From Trichoplax adhaerens (lineage: Eukaryota > Animalia > Placozoa), in the NCBI RefSeq assembly GCF_000150275.1, contig NW_002060947.1, positions 1,787,740 to 1,851,739 of the forward strand: 64,000 nucleotides of DNA, in the 5' to 3' direction. Positions 40,349 through 54,500 of the stretch are shown piece after piece. The first letter of the stretch is position 1, and each line of letters opens with the position of its first letter. The notes under the pieces were generated by a model. The model was given only the letters and a program-made list of their open reading frames with translations. It did no database searches and had not been told where the DNA came from. Position numbers and translations under genes: made by a program.

Positions 40349-42054
40349 TGAAGTTCATGGTTCATTTATGGGATAAGTTTTTCATGGTTTATGATCACCT
40401 CAGCCAATATGACTTAGCGTAGACTGTATACCCCCACCCCGTCCAATAAAGAAGTTTGGCGGCCTATTTATAAAAGTCATTAAATTACTCTTATCATTAT
40501 TATGTGATGCTTCCTTAAATTATTAAGTCATATTGATAGCGCATGGGTATGTGGGGTTTGGCTAGTTGTTAAAAATCACTTGCGACTAATGAATAATATT
40601 ATGACAATCCCCTAAAGTTGGCGCTTTACAGTGCAGGCTATACAGTAACTACAGAATAGATGATATGTCGGTGTTGAAGAGTCCTATTTTTAGCAGTGAA
40701 AATTTAGGCAATAAACATTGCAATCACGGTAGAGGTTCGATGGCGAAGAGCCTACTAATAGGATAGGCCAATTGCAATTTGCCGGTACAGAAGAGTTATA
40801 ATTAGGCTATATGTTAAAGGAATGATCGGCAATGCTCATACTGTGATGATAGAGGTTTACTGACAATATTTGATTTGGCTATCGTTTACTATTGTAGTTT
40901 AGTAAATAGAAGAAAGCCTTGAAGTTGATTGAATCAATCTCGTCCATTTTGTTTTATGAAGGTAATCAAACGAAAGATGATACGGAAGTGCTTATGCGCG
41001 TATACTTTTCAACGGAAATTCCCAGGGAACGAGCACTCTTGTCCACTATGATGGTCCTATTCCATACTATCGCATTCAAACTCGTCAACATATCAAACAC
41101 TATTCGCTATTTTATTCTGCAAAGTGGTAAATGTCAATAGGACATAAGTCATTATTATTTTTCCCCGAAATTGAGAATGGATACGTCTGGCAAGGAATAA
41201 AATTGGATTAAAAGGACAATTTTTCACCATTGTATTTTATCTCATCTTGGTTGCGTTAGAATCTTGTATGCTAACCTTCTTACTGTAGGTTATTTGTTCA
41301 TCTCAATTTTGCTTCATTTAGTAGCAATACATCTGGTCAGTATCTGCTTATCGCTATTGACGATAGGCAGACCTCTACCTCATCTATTCATCGATTTAGA
41401 GTTCATTCCCTGGGACGAAATGATTCATTTTCAAAAGAGATATTGGTTCATTCTTGTTTTTAATTTATCTCTACCAGTATCGCTAAGCTGATGATAACAA
41501 TTGCGGTTCGAAAATAAGATTAAAACAAGCCATTCTCGGCCTTCTTTAAAGTTACTCGTTGGCGAATTGACTTGACTTTGTCCAACAACGATTCAACTAT
41601 ATTCGGCACTGGTCGCTTATAATGTTAGGGCTTGAACAGGTAGTTTTGGAATACTGACACTATGGCGAATTCATAGATACAACTTTCAAACACTATCTAA
41701 GCGTACGCGTGTTTATCTCTTACCTCGAAGTTCAACACAAATATTATCCAAAAACAGATGAAATAGACTAAACTCTCCCCAAATGATTAATTAATGAATT
41801 AATCTATCGTGATATCCGTGTAGGAAAATCTAAATTCAAGTACTCATCATTTATGTATAAATCTATCCTGTTCGCGCTGAGCTCGTAGATTCCTGCATAT
41901 CATACGGCAATACATTCATTTATTCTTCGAACTGCAGGGCTAATAAAGTCCAACAAAATTAATACATGATAAATATTATTTTCGAATGGATTTTAACTAA
42001 TCGTGGGGAAAATGTTTCAATTTGTTATTAGTAATCAATGATGGAGGGATTGTT

Positions 42055-42790
42055 TACTTTAACATGATGGGCCATTTCCCCGAGACTAGTTTATTAATTC
42101 TTTCGGAAAAATATCGAATGTTGATTTTGTTGGATTCTACAGTATTGGCGGTGAAGTTAGAGGGATAAGTAAATGCTTGTATACTGTATCACAGTATGCA
42201 GGCAACCTACGAATTTATTCCAATGCTGGGATACCAGCTGTCAAACAGATCGATTGATTATAATAATAAACGTGATGGAATATTTCCCATCATGAATTAA
42301 TTAGACCTTTCAGAGAGATATCGAGTATTGGTTTTTGTCGGATTCAATTCGCACTGAAAATAGAGAAATAAATAAATAACTCTGTGCTGTATTCTGGACC
42401 AGTATTTGGTAAGCGAGGAAATCCACGAGTTTATTGCTAGACTTGGATACCAATTGTCAAACAGATCGATTGATTATGCCAATAAACATGATGGAACATT
42501 TTCCCACAATGAGTTAATTAAGCCTTTCGCAGAGATATCGAGTATTAATCTTTGTTGAATTTGATTCGTGCTGAAGTTGGAGGATTGAATGCATTAATGT
42601 ATACCGAATTATAGAATGAGGGAAATATACGAATAAATTCCAATGTTCGGATACCGACTGCCGAAAAGGTTGATGATACTAGTCAACATGATGGAACATT
42701 TCTCCATAATGAACTAATGAAATTTTTCAGAGAAATATCGAGTGTTGCTTAATTGGATTCAATTCGCGCTAAAGTTAGAAGAGTGAACAA
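42055..42790. repeat. Degenerate tandem array, ~200-215-bp unit, 4 copies
   Basis: A motif like aacatgatggaacattt...gaga(t/a)atcgagt...ggattcaattcgc occurs at ~42061, 42269, 42485 and 42685. Confidence 0.9.
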
Positions 42791-43054
42791 ATGTGTACTG
42801 TAATACATCTATTTATTACTCTGATTTTAGCATAGGTGGATTCCAACCAAAATCAAGATACGATATTTCACCGAAAGGATTAACTAATCGTAGAAAATAT
42901 TCCTTCATGTTATAACTAGTCAATATATATGTCAAATCTATGATAATTGTAAAAAAAGGCGTTTTCTAGAACATTACCTGGGCATTCTCTCTCTATATTT
43001 CAGCTAGAATTCGAAATAAGAATAAAAATATTAGAATTTCGGGCTTTAGCTGAT

Positions 43055-43860
43055 TATGCCATAGCTTTGAGCATAAAAGTTAATCATATTAGTAGATTTT
43101 GTTTCTCTACGAAAGTGATTAGTAATATACTGAGGACTAAACGTATATAATTATAATTATATATATATGTATATATACAGTATGTTACTATATATAATCA
43201 ATCAATCAATCTCCTTCGAAGCTCAGGTGGTTATGCAGCTGCTATTTATGATGATATTTCTTCGGAAGGATTAGCTAATCGTAGAAAATGAGATAGATAT
43301 GCCATGCGTTAAGCATAAATGCAAATCCTGTGAATAGATTTTATGGCTCTACGGAAAGTGTTTAGTAATATACTGAGGACTAAACGTATATAATTATAAT
43401 TATATATATACTGTATATATACAGTATGTTACTAATATATAATCAATCAATTAGTCAATCAATCTCCTTCGAAGCTCAAGTGGTTATACAGCTGCTATTT
43501 ATAATGATATTTCTTCGGAAGGACTAACTGATAGTAGAAAATGAGATAGATATGCCATGCGTTAGGCATAAATGCAAATCATATAAACAGATTTTATGGT
43601 TCTACGGAAGTGTTTAGCAATACGCTGAAATCGGAACTCAAGCCGTTGTGCAGCTGCTGTTTACCATGCAATAAATACTTGGATATACAGTACTGTATAC
43701 TATGCCCTTGCGTTAAGCATAAATACTAATCCTATTAACAGATTTAATTGCGCTATGGAAGTGTTTAATACTATGCTGAAAGGACTGAATGTATGTAATA
43801 TTATACATGTAATAATATCAATCAATCTCGCTCGGAGTTTAGGTCATGATGCAGTTGGTA
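43055..43860. repeat. Tandem array, ~245-250-bp unit with an internal (AT)n tract, ~3.5 copies
   Basis: A motif like atgccatgcgttaagcataaat occurs at ~43056, 43300, 43550 and 43702. Copies 1 and 2 share tagtaatatactgaggactaaacgtatataattataatt and ctccttcgaagctca. Confidence 0.9.
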
Positions 43861-44423
43861 TTGATTAGGCTGTGATGCTATACTTTGCTATACTATTACC
43901 TGAACATGACTGTATTGTAATAATTTCAGTATAAAATAGGTGCGATAAAGGGTGTTGTGACTAAGCGTTGATGAGCGAATATGTTAATGTACTGCTCGAT
44001 ACATTCCAGTGGATTCATACTGTATTATTATAAGACAACGCATTGGGGGTAGTGCACCACTTTCATGTTGACTCAATCGAGCTAGAAGAGCAGCAGGCTA
44101 GAAAAGCGATTTCCATGCTGCAATTTTACTTTCTTAATCATTCTCTTGGACTAGTAGGACTTATGGTGAGACTTTACTCGATTCTAACTGGTCTCAAAAT
44201 GATCAACCATTGATGTTTTAGCTTATATCGATCAATTTTCAGCTGCAGTGGCAATTAGTAGCGCCATCGCAATAATCCAAATTCGATGTGATCCACTGGT
44301 GTTACTTTTGCCATCAAGGGTAGAAAAAATACTACTGGTCTTCTGTCTACTATTTACAAATCATAAGTCTAGTCTAGACTATCCCTTTGGCTCAACTTGA
44401 TCTTATTCAAAAACTGATTGAAG

Positions 44424-47400
44424 ATGGATGACCATTTTCGTATTCGAACATTCCAAAATGGAGCTTTGTATGAAGGTCATGAGGTTAGTAAACATGGCGA
44501 TAAGTGAGACTGCATCTTGTGAGGATAGGATCGCTTAATGAATGTTGGATATTTAATTTTATTACTTGTTATCCAAGACATTATTCGCCAGTCTTGATTA
44601 GTCATTAAGCAATGTAAATAAAGTAAAGTAAAACCTAGCTTGATACGTCCCATTTTCTGCAAAGATACTGCAAATGGATGATCGTTCGTGTATACTGTAG
44701 ACTCTTGATATAGTTTAGGAGAAAGTCATAATTAATTATAATAATAATAACAGCAGCTCTAGTTTTACCGTGATAAGGTGGAATCATGCTTGCAGTGTGA
44801 TCAATCTATTAAAATAAATTATTCCCATTTTTAATTCCTACGCCATAAGAAGTAACATGATATAATATACGAGTATATTTGTAGAGCAGAATCACTGTTC
44901 CCTACCGTAGTTTTTATGATATTGCATTCTCTATTCCTTTTACGGCGATGCATAGGTCTTTTACTATATCATCTCCAACAACGATCAAACTCTCTTCCGT
45001 ATGATGAAAATTGATAGACAAGTTGCTACTCAATTGTCAATCCATGTTGATGGAGTAAGTATTTATCATGAAAATAACAATCTAGATGTATTTACCAAGG
45101 AATGCTAGTCTTGAATAACTTTATTACTATCCTTTGCGGCCTAGTCGCATAGAGATAAATATCAATAAGCAAGGTTTTGTTGCTAGTACAACAACTTAAC
45201 TTAAACTAGTACTGCTTGGCTATAGATTACTCTCATACTGATAGACGGACTATGATAATATAATTTTGGGCTAGATTATGTAATAAAAATCAGTAGACAG
45301 TAGAGGTTATGCTGGGACGTTTTGTTGCTAGTATATTTAGTACTCACATATGGCATAGATTGAGAGTGCGTTTCCTTTGGGATAGATATTAAAGAAATGT
45401 TATAATCAAGCTGCAATATTTCTTGCTAATAGAGTAGCCATAACGAGACTACTTTGCTGTAGTTTACTGTAGTAGGATAGATACTTGTGATAGCATCGCT
45501 TTTTTACATGATGCAATAAAGTACAGGTGATTAGGCAGAACTAAAAATTGAACTAAAATAACTATTTTTGGACTGTAGTCTACTTATTATATCGGTACTT
45601 CTGTAGCAACTTCCAGTAGCTCTTACGCTAATATACATATAGTATAGTATTAAGAGTACAATTACACATACGAACAAATGAATATACAGTATGTCAAAAT
45701 GTAGGCTAGATTTTGTTGCAAATAAAATGATCTCAACTTTACTGATGACTCTATTTTACGATGCTGTAACTGTCATTATTGTAGCAAAATAATGCTGGCT
45801 ATATTACGCAATAGAGTTGTAAAATTGAGTGATCAGGTAGAACTAAAATAGAACTAATTGTAATTAGCTGCAATAATTACTTACGCATGTACGTTTACAC
45901 TGCATTGATGACTATATAAAGCCTTCACGAGAATTAATTATCTTTGTACTCATATTAGATGATTTATAATGCTAAAGAAGTGAACACCAAATTAAAACTC
46001 TTTTACGAAAAAAGCCATCGCAATGGAGGTGCTGTGCGCCATATTACCTCTACTTATGGCTTATTAGGTAATGAATGTTAGAATTGACAGAACTCTCTGA
46101 AACAGTGTTTTACATACCTCTTGATGGATGTTGCTAACAACTACATGGATTGTTACTCATAATCTGACAAAAGTTTTGTAGAGTGAAAGCTACATTTCTA
46201 GAAATCAGTCTTGTAGAACGATTTCAATTAACATAATAGTATGTTTTTGGTTTCTAATAGGCTTTGTCAGATTTCTGGAAGGTTATTATATTATAGTGAT
46301 TACAAAAAGGGCTTGGTAAGTTGTTACAATTTGAGGACCATAAAACAAATTTATCAACTACCATAGCTTAATTATTATATAAAAACTTTCTTAATAAAGT
46401 GCATTTTCGCTCTTTTGCACAAAATACACTTTAGTGTTGCAACCATTGGTGGACATTATGTTTATTGTGTTGCTGATACTAAAATGGTCTATATACCTAC
46501 CGATCAACGTAATAATCGCTCTGAAGAGACGAAGTTCGTTTATTTTTCAGTTAATTTCATGTCTTCAACAATAATGCAAGTTTGTGCATTGTGATTGAAT
46601 ATTTGAAACTGAACTATTTTATCACGTCATGTTTACGTAATAGATATCGTAAAGCGTTTCAAGATATTGATTTATCCAGCAACTTTTATTTTAGGTACAT
46701 CTTAATGAATAGCATTTAGGGAAAACTATTTAAATTATATGTTTCCTTTGTAAAATTGATTACTGCAATACAATTTATCCGCTATCTACTGTTTTCTTGT
46801 ACTTACTAAATATCGATCATCTCAGTTATAGCTATGATATTACCAGGACCTTACAATACAACATGACTGCATCAAAGTTAAACGCTGATCCATCAAGAAC
46901 TGCAGAAAGCGAGCATGTACCGTGTTCTAAATTTATCTGGAATAAGTACTTATTATCAGGCATAGAGCACAAGCTTCATCCTGATTGGATTCTCCATGTT
47001 ATTCACGGCTTTGTAGCTCAATCAGGTAAAGTTGATTATTATTTTATTGAAATTTTGCTAAGGTAATGATATTGACGGTAAAAGTTATTAAGATGATGTC
47101 GCTTGCGTCCATGTAATGTTTTAGATATTTCTATATATGGCCGTTCAATATATGTAACCCTTATCGCGCGTAGATCCAGAAAATATGCAGGTACAAGATT
47201 TTTAAAAAGAGGAATGAATGATGAGGCAAGTTGGCAGTCTTCAACTTAATTTATTATATTAAATATGAATAGCTCTGCTACAGCTATTGATGATGGCGTC
47301 TTAATTGCTAGATAAAATATTATATCCTGTTAGGGTGATGTAGCCAATGACGTCGAAACGGAACAGATTGTTTTCGATACCATTGTAACGTCTCTGCAAA

Positions 47401-50400
47401 GTGGCCGATTCACATCGTATGTACAGCTACGTGCTTCCGTTCCTGCATATTGGTCACAGGTAGCAAAAAATTGCGTAGTGTTTAAAGATAATTCGTAATT
47501 GTTTGCTAGACGTAAAAGTACCTGCGACATGTAACAATGTTAAATGTTCGTTTCAAACCTACTGTAGGTATATTCTGGGATGGCTCCTAAGCCACCAATA
47601 TCTGGTAAGGAGTTGTTGATATTGCGCGATTTACGTGTGCGTAATACAGTGATCGTATGTTTGTTATATAGTTAGTTATCGATATTGTATATGGAATAAA
47701 AGCTGCAGCGGTACTAATGCTCGTTAGAGTATGATATTCGTATTTGTTGACTGTATAACGATATATAGAACTATTTTTATTATAAATCTATGCAGTGGAT
47801 AGAGTAGATCCTTATGCAGTAGCTGCTGGACACCATTTCAATTTCTGTTTAAAACACTATGGAGCTCCAATAGTTGTTTTGAACCTCGTCAAGGTAGGGG
47901 TTCTTTGATATCTGAACAAGTGGTATGAATACTAACCTGCCTGTACATATTGAATTGGTATTTCTAGAAAAAGGATAAAAAGCCTTTTGAGTCACTATTG
48001 AGTAATGAACTAGAAACTACGATCGAATATTTAAATCAATTTCTGCCCAATGAGCATAAAATACAATACGTAGCTTGGGATATGTCGCGTGTATCTAAAC
48101 GGTATGTTAGTATAACTTTAAGTTCATCAGTTTCTAAAAGTTTTATGTACTATCATTTTATTGTACTAAGAGATATCTGGCTGTCGAAACGACAGCTTGG
48201 TCGGTTTTGAGTATATGTAATTTGTTGTCGTTTATTATTTAGGAAGGATGGGGCCGTTATTTCTTGGTTGGAAAAATTTGCTGAAGAAGTAATCAGAGTT
48301 AAAATTGTTTATTTCAACAAAACTTGGCCATGATTATAAATCGTGATATAAAAATGTTCCATTACTGTATCATTACCGATCTAGTCTATCAAAAAAACCG
48401 GTTTCTTCCATAGTGGACCTCAACTTCACTTTCATAAGATGCTTGGTGATAGTTTGTAAGTTTGAGTATCTATACCTAAAAAAATTGAAAGTTACCGTGC
48501 ATATTTTTAATTAAGCGTTATACAATCGAAATTTCAATGTTATTTAGGAAGAGCCAATATGGTCATGGATATTCAGATTCAGGCTGTTTACAGGTGAAAC
48601 ATTAACTAGACTGTTTAATAACTTGTAATAAATTGGTTATGTTTAACTTGAATATATTGATTATGTTTAACTTGAACTATTGCATTCATTGTGTAATTGA
48701 ATAGACTGGTGTTTTACGGCTAAATTGCGTGGACTGTTTGGATAGAACGAATACAGCGCAGTTTATGATTGGAAAAATAATTCTTGCAGTACAGTTGTAT
48801 TCTTTAGGTATCTTGGATAGTTTAGATATCCAATTTGAAACCCCAGCGGTCAAGTACGTAGGAATCTACATTAACTATATTTATAACAATCATTTCTAAT
48901 ATTTTGCTTGATATTTATGATAGATTACTGGAAGAATTATATGAATCACAAGGAGATACACTTGCCTTGCAATACGGCGGTTCACAATTGGTTCACAGGT
49001 ACGATTTGGGCTATATTTCAGTATGCTATTATGATAGAGTGATCTTATCATTCAAAATGTGATCAAGGATCGTATCTAGTTTCTTTATTCAATTCATTTC
49101 AATATGATCCTATTTAAGGATACGATCGTACAGGAAAGTTTCACGTTGGTCTTCTCGCTCTAAGGACATTTTACAGTCTATTTCAAGATATTACAGTAAT
49201 TCATTCACAGGTAAACGATTTATTGGATTGCTTGTAATTTATTACAGAATATTTATCTTACGGTATCTGCACTTACAATACTTACATATTACTTGCAGAT
49301 GTCGAAAAACAGAATTCTATCAATTTATTTTTGGGAATATACAGACCATGGGAAGAAACCGAAAGTTTATGGGATCTACGTAGTGACTACCACCTTCATA
49401 ACAAGCCCAAAAAGAAATCATATGCCGTTATTATTAGGTTTAAATTAATAATTATAAATTGGATTTGCTTCCATTCGCTGTCATTAAGCTATCGATTTTG
49501 TTAGATGATAAAAATGGATTAACCTTATCCGATTACTTCTTACAGTTATACTCAATGGCTTGAAAGAGAAGTCTTTGATTACTTGCCATATCCATATGGA
49601 ATGAGTAAGACAGTTACTTTTATACCATTACATTTTTGTCGATACTGTAATTTAAATAATAAGCTCTTTTAATAATACCTGTATTCATGTCAAGCTAACG
49701 TTTAATATACCTTTCTAGAGTTTTTTCGAAAAATTGAGAAGCGTAAAGATAAAAGCGAAAAATATGACCTGTTTTATGAATTTTATCGACCTTTCAGTTA
49801 TACTTCCTTGGAATGGTGCTGGGGAAATTATATCTTTTCTACTCGCAAGTAAGTTAAAAATTCTAAATTACACGTACCATTTCTCAGTTTGTCGCCGTCA
49901 ACTGACGCTCTTTTTTGAATTAGTCCTCTACTAATACTGGTTACGACAAAATTACACTGCAATTGTTAGGACTTTCGCGCCGCCTTCAGTAGTTGACCCA
50001 CACCCGTTTACTGCTTATGCTAGTACTAAGCCAGTTGTTAAAGGGTAAGATGATATGAACCATAATTGAATTGAAGACTATCTGCATATTAGCATTTATC
50101 AGTATTATGTCTGTATTTGGAAACGCGTTCGTAGCAAATATAAGATTGCTCCTCGAAATGTTGCTGGAACTCCATCACTGATTGATGAGGAAGGTAGTAG
50201 TGATGAAGATGGAAGAATCAGTAGCGACGAAGAATCTAAACCAATGCCTACATCTGCAACTAGAGATAGTGTCCGTCATCGAGATCATACAGCAAGTTTG
50301 CAGGTAAATAGTTTTTTGGAATTGCATAACGATATTTGATGTTTTCTTTAAAAGTGCTTAAATTGTTATTATATGTTTTGCATAGAGAACGCCATCATTG

Positions 50401-50928
50401 AACAAGAAAGATTTATATGAAGCGGAATTACAGGAACTACCACCCAAAGATGTGTCGGAAATGGAAAGGTGAATTTTACTTAATATAATTTATGCACCTT
50501 CTGGACTAGCCGTAGATACTGTGGACTGCTCATTAAAATGTACTTCTTATGATTTGCCCACAACTTTACGTCAGTTCTGTTTTGATATGCTGCTTAACTA
50601 AATTCTATCACTTTGTCTGATCTTATACTTATTGTAGGTACATTCACGTTGAAAATTTCATAAGTGCTACGCCTTTGGGTGATTCGGCATTGGAAGGCTC
50701 CTACACCAAGTATATAAATATTTTTTATAATTCTAAGACTTGATAATGTTAATATTGACTATATCAATGGATTTACTCTCAACTAGGATTACAGAAAAAT
50801 ATGAACCGCACTGTGACCTCCATGATATTGTCGATCCCGATTCCTTTAAAGCCTTTAAAATAGCGTGCGATATTGGTGTAAATGATCAACAAGGACCCTG
50901 TACCTTAGTTACAAATAAATATCAGTGA
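44424..50928 (+). CDS. FIG4: Polyphosphoinositide phosphatase FIG4/SAC3 (SAC domain), >20 exons
   Basis: [88 protein letters not shown], catalytic [20 protein letters not shown] (CX5RT, ~48705-48765), [15 protein letters not shown] and [22 protein letters not shown]. Confidence 0.96.
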
Positions 50929-51518
50929 ATTCTAGTACTGTAGGGTGTTTAATGTGTCATAATCTAGTACTGTATATTGCTTTGTACATTATATGAGATA
51001 GCTACAGGTGTCATTTGCACATTATCACAAACTGTGGCCAAAAGTTATAATTATTTATTGATCTCTTTGTAAAATTTACTCTATGTATATGACAGCATAC
51101 TTGCGTAATTCGTATAAATATTATGTGATTCATTACTTTGCGTACGCGTATTAAAGCGGATATTTGCTAATAGGTATATGAAGCCGCACAAGTTATTATT
51201 CTTATAGTATTACCATTAGTAATTTTACTGTAGTATGTGTATTGTATCATCAGACAAATAAAGATAATCTAATGCCAAATTTGTCTTCAGCAATTAATTC
51301 TGTCGGTTAATTCAAATTACTTGAACCGCTCCGGAAGATTTCATAGAATTAAAAACTAGAAATATCTGCTTGGTAACTGTTTAACTTGTACAATATCTTA
51401 TAAATATTTATGACATCGATCATAAAATTATAACACATAATTGCTAATTATTCAAATTAATAACATCGAATAAAATCGTAGATTTCGTAATATAATAATT
51501 TACAATCATTTCGTCGTC

Positions 51519-54500
51519 CTATCTTTTCAGTACAGCCAGGAAGGCTTCTTTAGGAACTTCTATTTTACCAATCATTTTTAGTCTGCTTTTACCTTCTTTT
51601 TGGCGTTTGAGTAATTTCAATTTTCGAGTAATATCGCCACCGTACTGCGTTGATGATATGAATTTAGCAAATCGACGTTATTATATATAAAAGCATTTAT
51701 TTAATGACAATAGGCTAATGAATATGCGGTTTACTTTTGATATTAAAACCACAAAAATCTACTTACACATTTTGCTGTCACATCCTTTCGAACAGCTCTA
51801 ATCCTAATATAGTAATAACATAATTAGGCTTGTTATAATTTCTTATTGATTACTAGCCGGATCTGCTCACTACGACATACTAATGATCAGTCAGACTTAT
51901 AATACAGCAATAGATACTTGAAGACATATATGTACGTTACTCATCTGTCAATAACTTACACTTAAAAAGTAAGAGGGCTACTAAGAAACAGTAATAATTG
52001 GAAGATGAAATAGCAGTATGCCACCTATCACTCTGTTACGTACTGTGTTATGTAAATGATCTGTATCGGACTGCTGTATTATTCTTACATACTATCGGAA
52101 CTAGAAATCGTTCACAATTTATGGGCTAATCAAACGGGTTAGATTGAAGGATAGCATCGCTTACGGTAATGAGCTTATACATTGTATTCTTGCACAGAAA
52201 TTTACAAAATATACAGAACTTACGTCTCTCGTGCTACCACTTTGCCTCTAATTGTAGCTTGAATCGCAACTTCGTATAGTTGTCTAAGCAAAAATTTTAA
52301 ATTTATGGACGAATAAGAGAATCCATTCTGAAGCTCAAAAGAATATTTATAGATGCAAATCATTATAATTAGCTATACCTTGGGATTGCCTCCTTCAGTT
52401 TTTGACATACTTGTTTACCCGTAATACGAGCCTTTTCCTCATGTACTACCGTTGTTAAAGCATCTACAGGAGTTCCGTTTAGTAGTATCTCCATCTGTAT
52501 ATTTTGCAATTACAATATTTCAACATGAACTCATATAGCGACGAATCTTGTAAGCTATTTTATTATTTCGCACCTTAGCTAGAGTAGCCGATCTATAACC
52601 ATGATCTTCATAATCAAAGCTGAATCACGAATTAAGAGAGAATACAGAAAGAGAAATGTAAAGATTAGATTGTTTCGATTTCAAGTAAATAAAACATCCT
52701 TTTCCTAACGCATGAATAATATTGAAGAAGTCATCGATAGTATTTAATTTTTGGGGTAAATTTTTCCTTGTTACCTTGCATAACCGGATGTAAGCGATTT
52801 TAATTGATCATAGAAGTCAATTACAATCTCGTGTAAAGGTAAAATGTATTTTAACATTACTCTCGTTTCATCGATATAGGAAATATTTACTTGTTGCCCT
52901 CTTTTACTCTAAAAGGAAATATAACAATCAGGAACGAATTAGTATACCATTGAAAATATAGTAGACAGATTACTGATATTTTTGCCAATTGAGTAGCAAT
53001 TCTTATCAGATTCGCATCGCGAAACCTGGCATAAATTCAGCATTTTCCCCATATATTTATCCGGAAATATGATAGTTCCCATCACCACTGGCTCGAGATA
53101 TTCTACAACCTGAGCGATATCTGGAAACTATGATGAAATATCAAGTATGTAATGTTGATTAGTAATGGAATATTGCAATGCGTGGTTATCATGACATCAG
53201 GTAGAATATTAAATAATGGGAAACGTTAAAAACCTGTGAGGGCGTGGTTATAACCATTTCTTCGTGTTCTTTACGTAAAATGGCTGTAGTAAAATTTTAA
53301 AATTATGTTAGCGATCATAACCGATAACTGCAGATTTGAAATAAAATAAAACAAAAATATATTTATTAGAGATCATTGAAATCTGCGATATTCTCGTACT
53401 ATACTATTATAATTTATAAATCGCATATAGCTATAAAACTGCAATCCAGGACAAATAATAATATGCATTTTTTTATATTAAAGTAACCACTGATGCTTGG
53501 TCGCTACGTAGGAAATAATAAATGATTAAATGACGTAAGTATTATCCAAGATACCATTAATTAAACAAGATTGTAAATATTTTCTTAAATTGTGTCTATA
53601 AGATATTTATACATGCATATCTGTACTTGCCCTTGAACGGAACATTTGGAGAAGTGATAACTACCGACACATCATATTCCTATATTTAATATAAACGAAA
53701 TATTTTTGCGAAGTTAACTTTATCTTTACTTGTAGAAATAATAAAATGTTAAACTAACTTGCTCCAGTCGCTGATTAAAAACGTCCATGTGTAATAATCC
53801 AAGGAATCCAAGACGAAAACCTGGGCCAAGCGCAGCACTAGGAAGTAAAATGATGAATATAGTATTTACTGATCTATACGCATACTACATTAAAGAGCTT
53901 TTACGGAAGCTTTCTCTTATGATGACTATATTCGTAACAGTTACTATGTCATTAAGAAATTAAGCTGAGTAGATATAGAATTAGAAGCTACTTCTAAGTT
54001 ACTTAAATATGGTCCGAAGTCTAGGAATGTTTTATAAATGTCACACTGTATGATGCTATTGGCTTACGAATCGATTTAAAGATTTTGTACCTGTTATCGT
54101 TGTGTACACTAACACTGGAATCGTTTAGAGTCAACTTATGTATGGCACTCCGTAAAACTTCAAATTCTGACTTGTTGAATGGGAAGAGTCCTGCATATAC
54201 CTATAATAAGTATAATTATAAATTTTGTTAACAGCTGAAGCTAGTACGCAATTATCACCTTACAATCGCATAGTGCAAGAATGTAAAGCTGTTTGCTCAT
54301 CTTCAAACAGTTTTATTTTGTTTTGACTTATGAACTGCTCTTTTCATAGGACCTACCATCGATTTAGCTGGCTTAAATCCAGGTAGTGCGTCTACAGGAC
54401 AATTCACATGACAAAATGTATCTCCAATTTGAGCTTCTTTCGTGCTTTTCATCCCAGCTACGATAAAACCAACTTGCCCAGATCCTCTATACCAATAATA

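Noticed and set aside
40725-40750. GGTTCGA tRNA-like T-loop (also at ~3919 and ~41506)
   Set aside because: No flanking T-stem or cloverleaf pairing.
47330-47530. Antisense ORFs overlapping conserved genes (also 2158..2373, 11612..11803, 26298..26492, 59556..59792)
   Set aside because: They are shadows of real exons on the opposite strand.
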